Below are positions 37,894 through 48,753 of a stretch of DNA of 64,000 nucleotides, in pieces (within the stretch, counting starts at the first letter, position 1; every line of letters begins with the position of its first letter). Under the pieces are notes generated by a model. It was not told the origin of the DNA, searched no databases, and saw only the letters and a program-made list of their open reading frames with translations. The stretch covers positions 39,149 to 103,148 of the IMG/VR virus record IMGVR_UViG_3300031414_000012, one strand, 5' to 3'. A program made the translations under genes and the position numbers. The stretch is from a virus.

Positions 37894-38856
37894 TTAGGTA
37901 GTAGTCTTCTTCGATGTCACTGTGATGCCACCGGCACTACGAAGAATATAGTTATCGACAATCGATACGCTGGCTGTAAAGTTGTCACCATTATTCGACT
38001 GACTACGCACCTTAAGCTCAGATGCCAAAACAGGCACACCATAAAGCTGTGTTAAAATACCGGCCATATACGCTGGAGTGACTCCATTGTAGAAAGCGGT
38101 GAAGGATGCAAAGTCTTCGAGTTCTACACCATTGGGCGAAAGATCTTCAATATTTAAACGATCATAATTGAAGGACGTTTTATCGCCGTATCCGCCAGAT
38201 TCGAGGCCAGTGATGGTCACGCTGTCGTGAGGGGTAGGTGCACCTGCAATGGCAGATGGCTTCGAGAAGGAAACATCACTGAACGTGAGTGTAGTACTGT
38301 TAACCTGGTTTATTAAAGCAAGGAGTGTTTCTGCTGAAGTTGACGCAGAACTTTTATCCTCACTAGTAAAGTGATCGCTAGTCGACGTTTGTTTGATAAT
38401 TGTCCCGATGGCAATTAATTCTTTTAGTGTGATGTCGACTGCGTTTCTTAGGACGTGGTGTGTATTAAAAACAACCCGAACAACACCATCGTTTCGTGTA
38501 GCGGTATAGGTGCCCGCATCCATCGGCATGCCCCACACATTCTTGATGTGCGTAAGTACCGTACTGATGATATTGCTGTTGCTGTTATTGGCTAACACTA
38601 CACCGACGGTTGGTGTCTCACCAAAGGCAGTCTCAGCATCAAGTCGATGGTAGCCAATATCAACATAGTCACTACCGTCATCCACGACAGTTAACCGGAC
38701 CACGCTATTTGTGGTAGACATCTTAGCCACAAAGTCGCTTGCTGATACATCAGTAGGTGCCGCAACCGATACGTCTGACAAAGTAAGCGACAAGCCATTA
38801 GACTCATTGATTAAGTCTAACAAACTCTGCTTGGCAGTACTCGCTAGATTATACAT
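37894..38856 (-). CDS. Paralog-array protein with a tandem-duplicated domain
   Basis: AKQSLLDLINESN...YHRLD and AETLLALINQVN...YDRLN. Confidence 0.75.
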   Translation of the reverse strand: MYNLASTAKQSLLDLINESNGLSLTLSDVSVAAPTDVSASDFVAKMSTTNSVVRLTVVDDGSDYVDIGYHRLDAETAFGETPTVGVVLANNSNSNIISTVLTHIKNVWGMPMDAGTYTATRNDGVVRVVFNTHHVLRNAVDITLKELIAIGTIIKQTSTSDHFTSEDKSSASTSAETLLALINQVNSTTLTFSDVSFSKPSAIAGAPTPHDSVTITGLESGGYGDKTSFNYDRLNIEDLSPNGVELEDFASFTAFYNGVTPAYMAGILTQLYGVPVLASELKVRSQSNNGDNFTASVSIVDNYILRSAGGITVTSKKTTT

Positions 38857-38881
38857 GAAGTACCTCATACGAAATAAAAAG

Positions 38882-38909
38882 AAACGTAGCCCCATGAGAG
38901 GCTACGTTT
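38882..38909 (-). terminator. Terminator after the 38932-39498 gene
   Basis: AAACGTAGCC...GGCTACGTTT with T-run on the minus strand. Confidence 0.7.
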
Positions 38910-38931
38910 TATGACGTCAGTAGCGGACTAC

Positions 38932-39498
38932 TTAGCCCTGCTGAGCCGGTTTAACGTCGTCGTTGCTAAAGCCAGACAGTTCAGTGGTCTTCACCTGATC
39001 GTCCAGAGTAGCAGCGGCAATGCCAACGGTCAGCGGCAGTGTATCACCCAGCACGTAGTGTTTGCTGAAGTCTACAGTTACTTTCCACGGATAGTCCGCG
39101 TTGTAATCTGCATCGCCTTCAGCCATTTGCGAAACGTTGATCTCGTACGATCCGTCTTCCAGTGGAACGGACTTAATGCCGTCTTCGATCAGACCACTTT
39201 TAACTGCGGCGGCTACGCCTTCCACAGTGGCGGAAGTTCCCGCTGGTGCGCGCCAGCTTGACAGTGCCAGGAGCACTTTAACTGACGGACGGGTATAGGT
39301 AACAGTAACCGAACCAGGCAGTTTGTCTGCATCGGCACCAGTTACCGCGACAGTGGTATTCAGTGCATCGGTAGCGCCTTTGCCATTTGCCGTGGCAGGA
39401 GCAGCCAGAACGAGATCGGAGAGTTTGAAAGTGGTGTTGTTGTCTTTGTTGATGAGATCAACAAGGGCCTGTTTGCTGCTACTAGCAGTAATCGCCAT
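38932..39498 (-). CDS. Paralog-array protein, probable high-copy fibre subunit
   Basis: SSKQALVDLINKDN...GSVTVTYTR; C-terminal LDDQVKTTELSGF; GAGGA RBS, own TATG and terminator; MCP-like codon bias judged by eye. Confidence 0.75.
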   Translation of the reverse strand: MAITASSSKQALVDLINKDNNTTFKLSDLVLAAPATANGKGATDALNTTVAVTGADADKLPGSVTVTYTRPSVKVLLALSSWRAPAGTSATVEGVAAAVKSGLIEDGIKSVPLEDGSYEINVSQMAEGDADYNADYPWKVTVDFSKHYVLGDTLPLTVGIAAATLDDQVKTTELSGFSNDDVKPAQQG

Positions 39499-39557
39499 TT
39501 CTATATCCTCTAATTTACCATGACAACATGTACATGGTGCATCAAGCATAAAATAGG

Positions 39558-42500
39558 TTATTCCCAGGTGATGTTGGGATTGCCTCTAAACACGGTGCTC
39601 ATATCGCTCTGGTCGAGACCGATGCTCGTCAACAGTGTTTTTGCAGTGCCGGTAAGTTTGTTATTCGGCGTGTTGTTACGAGTAGCCATGAGGTTACTGT
39701 ACTGACTGGGTTTCTCACCCGATGGAATGGTGAATACACCCTCCAGCCGATTGATGGAACCAGCAATACCCACATAACCGCCACCGGAAGAGAGTATATA
39801 CGTACCCAACATACCGGTAATTGTACTCGACTTGGTTAATGGGATGCTTGCCTGTTCGAATACAATGTCATCTGCAACCATCTCAAACGCGCAAGTGAAA
39901 TCCACAGTTCCAGACTTAGTCGGAGTGGTAAACCAACCCGCTTCGACCAGGGACAGATTACGTGCTTCGGAGAACACGTAGGTGAGGCTACCAAGTTGCT
40001 CTTTATTCGAGAACAATCCAGCAGGCACTTTAGTGACACCACTGCGTCTGAACATAGAGTCAACGCGATACAATGCGGTGGGAACGCTGAACCAACTGCC
40101 GTAGATCGTGGTCAAAGCTGCGCAACCAGCAAACGTATTCTGCGCATAACTAATAACACTACCCAACACTAGTGGCTCATCAGGTACCACCGCCAGAGAA
40201 CTACAGTTAAGGAACATGTCACTTATATTAGTAACTTTGGTGGAGGGACCCAACGCTCCCGACTCCACCTCTGTTAATGAGAGACAGCCGCTGCACAACC
40301 CGGTAAGTGTAACCAGAGCATTGAACTGTCCGAGATAACTGTTCCTCAGTTTGGTTATGGCTGTTTTACTAAACGCCCCTTCGACTGTGGTGACGCTACT
40401 CGACATAGGCAATAATAATCCATCGGGAATATCAGTGAGTTGGGTTAATCCGTAGAAAATATTGCTGATGTCGGTTACACCGGTGTAACCATCAAAAAGA
40501 CCAGCCGGTAATTCCTTTAAATTGACACACCCATAGAAGAGACTAGCTAGGGATTTAACCGAAGCTTTCTTAGGGAGGTTGGTAAAGAAGTTGGCTGGTA
40601 TCGAGGTCAAGCCAGTTGAGGCAAAGAAACCAGACAGACTCACGACGGACGCACACTTAGACAATAAATTCCCAGGCACCGTTGTGAATTGTCCGCCAGC
40701 CGGGGACCAACTAGGACCACCAAAGAAATAGTCCAGTGCAGTGACTTTGGTCAGCGAGTCTAACGCGCCTTCTTCAATTGTTCCAAAAGGACACCCTAGG
40801 AACGCACGAACAGCGGTCTTGAGATTACCTAGGTCCGCCATAAAGTCAGACGTGAAGGTTACTGGGTTACTGTAACGATAAGATGACCCACACAATTCGA
40901 ATGCGGAGTTAATGTTCGTTAGGCTAACCAACCCCTTCAATATTCCGATTGGGAATGGGCTAACGTTTCTCGTTCCGTAGAAGCAGTACGACAGGTCGGT
41001 TAGTGCAGTACAATTCTCCAGTAGCTTTGACGGGATGGTGGTTAAAGAATTGCAGTACATGAAACCGTAACTTAGCGTCGTGAGCTTAGTCAGTGAAGCA
41101 AAGAGCCGTTCAGGTATCTCCGCAATAGCAGTACCGTTGAATGAGTTACTCAAATCCGTAAGCGCCGTGTTGTGCTTGAACAAGTACTCCGGTATGGACT
41201 GCAACTTACTAGAGCCAAATATGCCATGTCCATTCGTTAGGTTTACACAGTCGTCTAACAATCCCTCAGGTAAAGAAACTAACCCACTACTCCCGAAAGC
41301 AGAAGACAGATTCGCTACGCCACTGCATCCCTTCAATAGACCGGTTGGTATGGCTGTCAGTTGCCCACAACCATAGAACACGCCCGTCATATCCGAACAC
41401 GTCTTACCAGCGTGGCGAATGACATCCACCCCAATGTCCATAAGTGAGGCACAGTTATAACAGAACCCGAACAGGTTAGTTATCTCAGATGTCTCTGGGA
41501 AAGCACCTTCCTCGATCTGGCCCAACTGCGATTGCCTAAACGCGTGTGACCAATCTCCAGAAAGTTTGGCTTTTGCAAATGCACCTGCGCGCACGGTGTT
41601 TACGCGAGAGCTTTGAAACGCGCGGTTAGCGCCAACTATGGTCTGATTGTCGAACAGTCCGTCTGTTATTTCCAGAACGTTGGCGTTGGCGAACAAACCG
41701 CTAATATCAATGGGGACTCGGTTCTTCTGAAATGCATCGGCCTCTATCCAAATGGCGTCGTTGTTCTGTGTTGGGTTAATAAAACCCAACGTCCCGTCTA
41801 CGATACCGTCCTGCGTTACTTCGTAGATTGTGAGAATTGGGAAATCGAGACCATTTGTTAAAGTTGGCTCAGACGTAGTTGTAGTACGCATGACGCCAGT
41901 GCCAAAAGGAATGCTACTCGTTACCGTAATCTCGGTCTCCCCGGCTACCAAGGCTTCAGGAAGGTTAACCACCACTATCCATAGACCAACTACCCACTGT
42001 AAAAACGAGACCTTAGCAACAGTACCATTAATCTTTACATCAAAGATGCTGGGTGTAGGGGTTACAGTGGAGCGGACATAGCCTAAATAAAAACCGGTGT
42101 TAGCGGGTTTAGCCGTCGCTTTGACTGAAAATCTCAGTCGTGCAGATGGTGGCAAAAACACAGTTGCTTTAGTGCTGCCAGAGAAACGAACAGAGGTGGT
42201 TTTAGCGACTAGATCAATTGTTGACCCATTCTCTGCTTCACTTAGATCGAGTGGGAAAGTTAAATCGAAGTCGCTATCTGTGACAACAATCGCGTTGTAT
42301 GTGTGGAAATCCGCAGCGAACGTAGAGAAGTCCGGATACACCCTGGCTGGTATTCGTGGGTTTCCCCACTTGGAGCTGATGTCTGACAACGACACATGCT
42401 GATAGGTGGATGTGACAGCGGCGGTGCCCATTAATGGTACACCGTCCGCCACCGGACTAATCGTCATCTCGCTCGCGCCACCGACAACATCGATATTATC

Positions 42501-42581
42501 GGCAGTGGCGGGTAACGCATAGAGACGCCTTAGTGATGCAGCTACCGCGCCTTTACCATCGTCATCGAGGTTATTAAGCAT
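39558..42581 (-). CDS. Giant LRR (BspA/DUF285-like) virion protein
   Basis: Many ~25-aa repeats FxxCxxLxxIPxxLF after a divergent array-type N-terminal domain. Confidence 0.8.
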   Translation of the reverse strand: MLNNLDDDGKGAVAASLRRLYALPATADNIDVVGGASEMTISPVADGVPLMGTAAVTSTYQHVSLSDISSKWGNPRIPARVYPDFSTFAADFHTYNAIVVTDSDFDLTFPLDLSEAENGSTIDLVAKTTSVRFSGSTKATVFLPPSARLRFSVKATAKPANTGFYLGYVRSTVTPTPSIFDVKINGTVAKVSFLQWVVGLWIVVVNLPEALVAGETEITVTSSIPFGTGVMRTTTTSEPTLTNGLDFPILTIYEVTQDGIVDGTLGFINPTQNNDAIWIEADAFQKNRVPIDISGLFANANVLEITDGLFDNQTIVGANRAFQSSRVNTVRAGAFAKAKLSGDWSHAFRQSQLGQIEEGAFPETSEITNLFGFCYNCASLMDIGVDVIRHAGKTCSDMTGVFYGCGQLTAIPTGLLKGCSGVANLSSAFGSSGLVSLPEGLLDDCVNLTNGHGIFGSSKLQSIPEYLFKHNTALTDLSNSFNGTAIAEIPERLFASLTKLTTLSYGFMYCNSLTTIPSKLLENCTALTDLSYCFYGTRNVSPFPIGILKGLVSLTNINSAFELCGSSYRYSNPVTFTSDFMADLGNLKTAVRAFLGCPFGTIEEGALDSLTKVTALDYFFGGPSWSPAGGQFTTVPGNLLSKCASVVSLSGFFASTGLTSIPANFFTNLPKKASVKSLASLFYGCVNLKELPAGLFDGYTGVTDISNIFYGLTQLTDIPDGLLLPMSSSVTTVEGAFSKTAITKLRNSYLGQFNALVTLTGLCSGCLSLTEVESGALGPSTKVTNISDMFLNCSSLAVVPDEPLVLGSVISYAQNTFAGCAALTTIYGSWFSVPTALYRVDSMFRRSGVTKVPAGLFSNKEQLGSLTYVFSEARNLSLVEAGWFTTPTKSGTVDFTCAFEMVADDIVFEQASIPLTKSSTITGMLGTYILSSGGGYVGIAGSINRLEGVFTIPSGEKPSQYSNLMATRNNTPNNKLTGTAKTLLTSIGLDQSDMSTVFRGNPNITWE

Positions 42582-42590
42582 GGATAATCC

Positions 42591-45263
42591 TTAGGATGTA
42601 AGTGAGCAAAGTAAGTATGTGTCTGGACTATTCCAATCGGCGGTGGTGATTGACCGGTCGAACACCAGACATGCTACCAAACGAACCTCTGGTCTGACGT
42701 ACGCTGTTGGGAAACCAATAGAGCCATACGCCCTCGACATTAAGCTAACTGTCTTAACGGTGGTAGGCAGTGTAAGACCCAACGTAAGAAAAACTCTAGA
42801 CAACCAGACCCGCATAGCGCCCGTTATCTCAACGTTGTCCAATGTGCCGAAACTGTTGGAGAGCGTATCGCGAGGTATATTAACATAGTAACTCGCAAAC
42901 AACGGTACAACGGCGTGTCCGGCCGGCTTGGTGGTTTTATCCATGGTAAAGACATCCAGTGCGTTGCCATCCGCACGGCTCAAATTGATAGCGGTTGTCC
43001 ACCACGGGCTTTTGACGGCCTCGTAGTCATCAAGCAGAAAACACTGCTCGACGAAATTGAGACGTATTCGGTTGGCATTAGGTACAACCGAGTTGGTCAT
43101 CGCGTTCCACAGTTCCATACAACTGCCGGTTAACCAAATAACCCCGTTACAGAAGTTAGACGCATCAAACTTTTGTCCAGCCTGGTTAGTCATCCCAATG
43201 ACAATCTTCTTCAGCAAGGCTGTGGTACTTACTACCAATTTTCCCGCGTTAAGTAAGAAACCATTTATCGAGAACACCATTCCATTAATTTGCACTGCGT
43301 TATCTTCAATTGTTAACAAGTTGGGACAGTTAGCAAAGAAGTTAACAAACGAACCGCCGCCGTCCGTAATCCCAGTAGTAACGTCTATCGCACCCTTAGA
43401 CACCTTGACTAATCTAGAACAGCCGGAGAAAACGCCGTCTGCTTTAATGAGCGTAGCGTTGAGTGTAATAAATACGTTTGCTGGAACTGAGTCAATGGCC
43501 GTACCTGCAAAGGCATACTCGATGGCACGAAGTGTGGTGTGTGATGAAAATAAACCCGCTTCGATTGAAACCAACCCAGAGTTCTGAAAAACCCCACTGG
43601 CGTCCCTAATACCAGCCCCTGGAAAGAAATCGCCAGGTATAGCAAAAGGTTGCGTAACGCCCCGGAATGCCTGGGCGACGTTAGTTAATTTGGTGGTGTA
43701 TTTAAAAAGGTCTGACGGAATTGACGTCAGTGAAATGCAACCATCAAAGATGTTATTAACTACGCTAAGCGACGCACTATTAATAAAAAGCGCTTCCGGG
43801 ATAGAAGATAGCGCCGTGTTGTTAGCCATCAGGGAATCGGCATAGACTATTTTAGAGTTAGCATCGAAGAACCCACTAGGGATGGAGGCGATTGAGGTTC
43901 GCATGAACAACTCTCTAACCTGAATCAAGCTGGGGTTGTTCGACAAAAAGTCTGCGGCAATGTCGGTGACGCTCACACAACCTTTGAAGACCCCATTTGC
44001 CACAGTTAGTTGCGAAAGATCCTTAAAGAAACCATCTGGAATAACCTTTAACTTAGTGCAGCCGTAGAACACATTGGTGAGTGTCGTCAGACCGGGGGAG
44101 TCGTTTAGCAGGTTGGTGGGTACTGTCTCGACATTAAGGCACGACATAAACATCGAAGATAACGTTTTGAGGCTTGGGAACGCAGCAAGTAATTTTTCTG
44201 GTATAACACTCACCCCTGAGTTCTGGAATAGCTGAGTTGAGCTGATGACGTTTGCACCAATTGGTGTAAATAGATCGGCTGGTATTTCCCTAAGGGACAG
44301 CGTGTCCATAAAAACCATGTCTAGCGTGGTGTCCTGCAAATCCAAATTCTTAAACAGTGTAGAGCTTACACTTTCTATCCCGGTGGCGCGCAGCAGCCCA
44401 CTAATGCGGTACACCGAACTATCGCGCATAAATAACACGCTTGGGAGTGTCTTAAGTCCGCTACAGCCCCAAAACAGATTAGATATGTTGGTGCTTAACC
44501 CGCCAGCTGCGTGAATACACTCCTCATCGATTGTAGTTAAATTCACACAATCTTTAAAGAGCTGGGTGTACGTACCGCTATACACACGCAATAACCGGAG
44601 ACGCGTTGGGCCAAGAAACTTAAACCCGTTCGAAACCAGACCAAAGTTCTTGATCTCGATCTTGTGATTACCCGCTATGATCGTATATGGTAAAGGCTGG
44701 TACACCCCATCAACATAAAGAGAACCATACCCGATAACTGCCGGCGTTACCGACACATTACCGGGTAGAGAAACATCCATTACTACCTGGTTAATCCACG
44801 GGTGGGTTAGCGTTACACGCAAGGTACCATAATAGTAGAAGCTAGTCGACTTAGCCGTAAGCTCCACAGTGACATCGTAACGCGGGTCTGGCGTGATGAG
44901 CACCGCTTCGAAATCATCAGTCGACAATGAAACACCCAGGTACTCCGACAGCATGGAGAGCAACTCAGCTTGACCAGATGGTGTTTTGTCGTGTAGTAAT
45001 ACATCGGCATTGAAGACTTTGATGTCATTCTGCCAATCGAAGACGTAGGTTTTGTTAGAGAGGTCCATGCGGTCAATATTGAACGTACTGGAACCTTTCA
45101 TCTTGTCCGAACCCTGGGACGATGGTTTGATCGTTACCTGAATAGTTTTACCGGAGACCACCTTCTGGTCGGAGAGGACAAAGTCCTCCCATACCAGTTC
45201 AAGGCCAGTCTTCGCCATTAACTGATTCACGATGTTTTGTTTGTAATCATCGTAATTCATCAC
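42591..45263 (-). CDS. Giant LRR (BspA/DUF285-like) virion protein
   Basis: KQNIVNQL...FNIDRMDLS N-terminal domain; repeats such as FYGCTKLKVIPDGFF and FDGCISLTSIPSDLF. Confidence 0.8.
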   Translation of the reverse strand: MMNYDDYKQNIVNQLMAKTGLELVWEDFVLSDQKVVSGKTIQVTIKPSSQGSDKMKGSSTFNIDRMDLSNKTYVFDWQNDIKVFNADVLLHDKTPSGQAELLSMLSEYLGVSLSTDDFEAVLITPDPRYDVTVELTAKSTSFYYYGTLRVTLTHPWINQVVMDVSLPGNVSVTPAVIGYGSLYVDGVYQPLPYTIIAGNHKIEIKNFGLVSNGFKFLGPTRLRLLRVYSGTYTQLFKDCVNLTTIDEECIHAAGGLSTNISNLFWGCSGLKTLPSVLFMRDSSVYRISGLLRATGIESVSSTLFKNLDLQDTTLDMVFMDTLSLREIPADLFTPIGANVISSTQLFQNSGVSVIPEKLLAAFPSLKTLSSMFMSCLNVETVPTNLLNDSPGLTTLTNVFYGCTKLKVIPDGFFKDLSQLTVANGVFKGCVSVTDIAADFLSNNPSLIQVRELFMRTSIASIPSGFFDANSKIVYADSLMANNTALSSIPEALFINSASLSVVNNIFDGCISLTSIPSDLFKYTTKLTNVAQAFRGVTQPFAIPGDFFPGAGIRDASGVFQNSGLVSIEAGLFSSHTTLRAIEYAFAGTAIDSVPANVFITLNATLIKADGVFSGCSRLVKVSKGAIDVTTGITDGGGSFVNFFANCPNLLTIEDNAVQINGMVFSINGFLLNAGKLVVSTTALLKKIVIGMTNQAGQKFDASNFCNGVIWLTGSCMELWNAMTNSVVPNANRIRLNFVEQCFLLDDYEAVKSPWWTTAINLSRADGNALDVFTMDKTTKPAGHAVVPLFASYYVNIPRDTLSNSFGTLDNVEITGAMRVWLSRVFLTLGLTLPTTVKTVSLMSRAYGSIGFPTAYVRPEVRLVACLVFDRSITTADWNSPDTYLLCSLTS

Positions 45264-45271
45264 GAAGTTCC

Positions 45272-46066
45272 TTAGTCGTTAAAGTGCGCCCATATATTTA
45301 ACTTAGGCACGATAAGCAGGCTACTGAAACCAGCCCTACCGCCTGCCGTTTTCACGTTTGCCTCGCCAGTGTAAAGTACACCGGTAATGCCAGACGCCCA
45401 CTGGTTTGTTCTACCACCCATCAAGGCGTTCCAGAGGTTCTGTCTCAGCAACGGAGTGGACGCAGCCACACCCTGACGTAACAGTGAGCCACACCCGGTG
45501 TAATCGTAGTTATATGTCAGTGTAAAGTTAGAGTCCACCTTAGGCAACTCAGTGTACGCACCGGAGTTCCAACCGGGTTCGATAATGTCACCAAGGTCAG
45601 GTTTACCGCGCGTGAAGTAGACATGGCACTTACCAGTAATCCACGGTGAGTCCTCTTCAGCTTCTATCTCGATGTAGCTGTTGTTAGAAGACGTTGGGAT
45701 ACTTGCGGCCTTGATATCACTTGCTTCCATCGGGATGCCAAATTCATTGCTGACCCATGCTGCGAAGTCTTTGGTATTGTTGCTGGAGGTTAACCAAACG
45801 ACATCAACGCCCTTAAACAGCAGACTTAAATCAAGTCGGTTATAAAAGACGTCGACATATTTACCGTAAGACTCGCCGAATGAGTTCTGTATACCAGTAG
45901 CAACAAGTGTCGCCTGGGTGTTCGACTTCTCCGCACCAGTAACACCCGAGATTGCTCTCGGGTTAGTCACGTTGTACATCTTATCAGTCAGTTCGAAAGG
46001 CAAGCTATTGACGGCGTTGATGGCGCTAGTCAGAGTTGCCTTGAACCCTTTGCTATAAAACGACAT
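45272..46066 (-). CDS. Paralog-array virion protein
   Basis: TLTSAINAVN...NTQATL...VFYNRLDL; C-terminal YNYDYT domain. Confidence 0.75.
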   Translation of the reverse strand: MSFYSKGFKATLTSAINAVNSLPFELTDKMYNVTNPRAISGVTGAEKSNTQATLVATGIQNSFGESYGKYVDVFYNRLDLSLLFKGVDVVWLTSSNNTKDFAAWVSNEFGIPMEASDIKAASIPTSSNNSYIEIEAEEDSPWITGKCHVYFTRGKPDLGDIIEPGWNSGAYTELPKVDSNFTLTYNYDYTGCGSLLRQGVAASTPLLRQNLWNALMGGRTNQWASGITGVLYTGEANVKTAGGRAGFSSLLIVPKLNIWAHFND

Positions 46067-46075
46067 AGCTTATCC

Positions 46076-48751
46076 TCAAGTGAGATTTTTAGCACCATTG
46101 AGTGCGTTGGAAACAACCGTGGCATTGACCTGACTTGCATCACTCACGCCCCACAATGCCTTCACCAGCGCGTCCTTGCTACCAGTCAACCAGGTGGCAT
46201 TGAGTAAGAACAGGTTTGTGTTTGTAGTGCTATCGGAGAGAGGGATCTTGTTACCATCAGTCACCCCAATGGTCAAAAGGAACTGATCGACCGTCAGATC
46301 GGCTAACTTAGTGTTGCCGAACATTGTCGAAATCGTACCCGTCAGAGGTATGTTCGCCTTTACTTGACCGATGTTCAGGTTAGACAGTGTCAAGTTATAG
46401 AACAACCCACCGACGTTCGGTTTGTTCTTATAGACCTCGGGATGAAACATGTCCGTTACATCACCACGCAACTCAGCTCGTTCAAACAGACTATAAGCTA
46501 AACTCAACGACGCCATCTTACTAAACAGACCTTTTGGTATCGTCAGTGCCAGAGAGTACCGGAAGAGATACGTGATGTCCGTCACACTAACCAGTGGATC
46601 AAACAAACCCTCTGGGATGACAAATTGCTTCTTCAGGTTGCTGAACATTTCCCTGGCCGACGTCACAGCACCGAATGGGGCGAATATGCCGCTAGGTAAA
46701 GTGGTAAGATTTCGAGCACCGAAGAACATTGTTGCGATGTTTGTGCATTTGGTCATTCGCTGGAATATTTTCTCAGGGAACTCCGTAGCCGCCGTATTTT
46801 CAAACAAGCGGTTAGCGCTGGTGACGTTATCGGCATATTCCAGTAAGTCCTCAGGGAACGTGGATGCACCACAAGAACCAAACATGTCATACAGCACTTT
46901 CGCGCTTTTGGCTTTAGGTAAGACACTACCTTTAAATTCAATGTTTGATGTGCTGACAAATACGTTACTGAAATCGCTGACCAAACTCTGGTTAGCAAAG
47001 ATTCCGGCTGGGATGGACAATGGATTATTCACTCCGCTTGCACCACGGAAACACATTACTAGGTTAGTAACGTTCGTCAGCGTGTCGAAAAGTCCAGGTG
47101 GGCAATACCCATTGCGGAACTTTGCTCCGTAGAATAGCTGCCCTATGTTAGTTACGCCTGTCAGGTCTTTAAAGAGATCTGCGTTCCCATCTGTAAGTTG
47201 GAATGTGGCATTGTAGAAAGCATTGTAGAGTGAGGTTAACTTACTCTGCCCAGCAAACAGGTTAGAGAAATCGCCGACAACGGTAGTGTCACTAAAGAGC
47301 GAACTAGCGTCAGACAACAACGCACCCGAAAATACATCCTTATCGATCGATTGGATAACTGCTTTACTGAGCATGCTCGATACAGATACGGTTGCACCAT
47401 TAGGTAAGATGCCTTTCCCGACCGAGTCGACCTTAACGCCCTGACACGCGTTAGTTAGGGTTAGGTTATTAGAAAAACCAGCAAACGCACCATCCTCAAT
47501 ATTAGGGATATTCGAATATGCGAGAACAGAAAGCGCGTTCGTCACCGACGGGTGTCTCTTAAAGAGACGACTCGGCCAATAGCTAGCTTTAACATAGCTA
47601 AACATAGTCCCCACTTGCTGAAGACTCGTCATGTCATCCAGTAAGCCGTCGGGGAGATGGCAACCATTCGTAGTCGAGTAACCAACCATATTAAACGCAG
47701 CAGTCGCTACGGCTACATTCTTCATCCCTTTAAACAGACCCAATGGGATGTTAGTTAGTTTGGAACAACCGTCAAAGAGTCCTTGGATCGTCGAGGTTGA
47801 GTGTTCAGTAACTTGACTCTCTGTCTCACCAAAATCCGTTAGGTTAGTGCATTGGGAAAACGTACGATCTAACGAAGAAAACCCGCCAGCGTGATTGGCG
47901 AACCCGGTGCCCACAGTGGTGAGATTACGACATTGGAAGAACATCGTGGCGGCATTAATCGGCTGCGTGTTACCAAGGAACACGTCGTCGCCAATTTCAA
48001 TCAAGCTGCTGTTATACATGAACAGCGAGCCTGAAACCACCCTTGACCCATATCCCACAACACGATCAATCCGAACGATTGGTAGACTCGTGCCCACCGT
48101 ACCCAGTGAAGGGGTGGCGTAGTAAAAATCCCACACGCCAGTTTCGACTGTTACAGTAAAGTAACCCTTCTCGTCGATAGGGTGGAGGACGCCATTTATT
48201 ACCAAATAGGCATATGCACTATCGGGGAATATGGCTGATGACGTTGCGCCGTATACGCGATAACGTGCTCCCTTGGTGACTGATACCGTACCGCGTAGCA
48301 TATACGCACTGCGGCTCTTCAAAGTAAACGTGAGTTGTCCTTTGTATTTCGGTGAGTCGTTTGCACACTTGAGTACAAAGGTCTCCCCATGATCACCTTT
48401 AAGATCAATCTGCTGGTCAACGATGTCACTCGTCTCCAGATTCAACTTACAATTGCGGTTTATCTCTTCTAAGGCGTCGGATACCTTAGCCAGCGGGCGC
48501 GCTGGTAAGACGGCGGATAACACACCCACCAAGCTAGAAAGCTCTACGCGATTGTAGTTAAAGTCGGCCTGACCTTCCACGGTATTTCCACTTATGTTTG
48601 TGGCCTTCCCACGAACTTGTGAATTACGTGTGGCACTTGCACTCGACTGCACATCACTAAATTCGATCTGTGCAGGTACAATGCGAGTACCATTTACATC
48701 GTTGATGGCATCAACAAATGCCTGCTTTGTTACTGAATCGCGTAGGCTCAT
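46076..48751 (-). CDS. Giant LRR (BspA/DUF285-like) virion protein
   Basis: TKQAFVDAINDVN...FNYNRVEL N-terminal domain; repeats such as FDGCSKLTNIPLGLF and FFGARNLTTLPSGIF. Confidence 0.8.
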   Translation of the reverse strand: MSLRDSVTKQAFVDAINDVNGTRIVPAQIEFSDVQSSASATRNSQVRGKATNISGNTVEGQADFNYNRVELSSLVGVLSAVLPARPLAKVSDALEEINRNCKLNLETSDIVDQQIDLKGDHGETFVLKCANDSPKYKGQLTFTLKSRSAYMLRGTVSVTKGARYRVYGATSSAIFPDSAYAYLVINGVLHPIDEKGYFTVTVETGVWDFYYATPSLGTVGTSLPIVRIDRVVGYGSRVVSGSLFMYNSSLIEIGDDVFLGNTQPINAATMFFQCRNLTTVGTGFANHAGGFSSLDRTFSQCTNLTDFGETESQVTEHSTSTIQGLFDGCSKLTNIPLGLFKGMKNVAVATAAFNMVGYSTTNGCHLPDGLLDDMTSLQQVGTMFSYVKASYWPSRLFKRHPSVTNALSVLAYSNIPNIEDGAFAGFSNNLTLTNACQGVKVDSVGKGILPNGATVSVSSMLSKAVIQSIDKDVFSGALLSDASSLFSDTTVVGDFSNLFAGQSKLTSLYNAFYNATFQLTDGNADLFKDLTGVTNIGQLFYGAKFRNGYCPPGLFDTLTNVTNLVMCFRGASGVNNPLSIPAGIFANQSLVSDFSNVFVSTSNIEFKGSVLPKAKSAKVLYDMFGSCGASTFPEDLLEYADNVTSANRLFENTAATEFPEKIFQRMTKCTNIATMFFGARNLTTLPSGIFAPFGAVTSAREMFSNLKKQFVIPEGLFDPLVSVTDITYLFRYSLALTIPKGLFSKMASLSLAYSLFERAELRGDVTDMFHPEVYKNKPNVGGLFYNLTLSNLNIGQVKANIPLTGTISTMFGNTKLADLTVDQFLLTIGVTDGNKIPLSDSTTNTNLFLLNATWLTGSKDALVKALWGVSDASQVNATVVSNALNGAKNLT

Positions 48752-48753
48752 AA

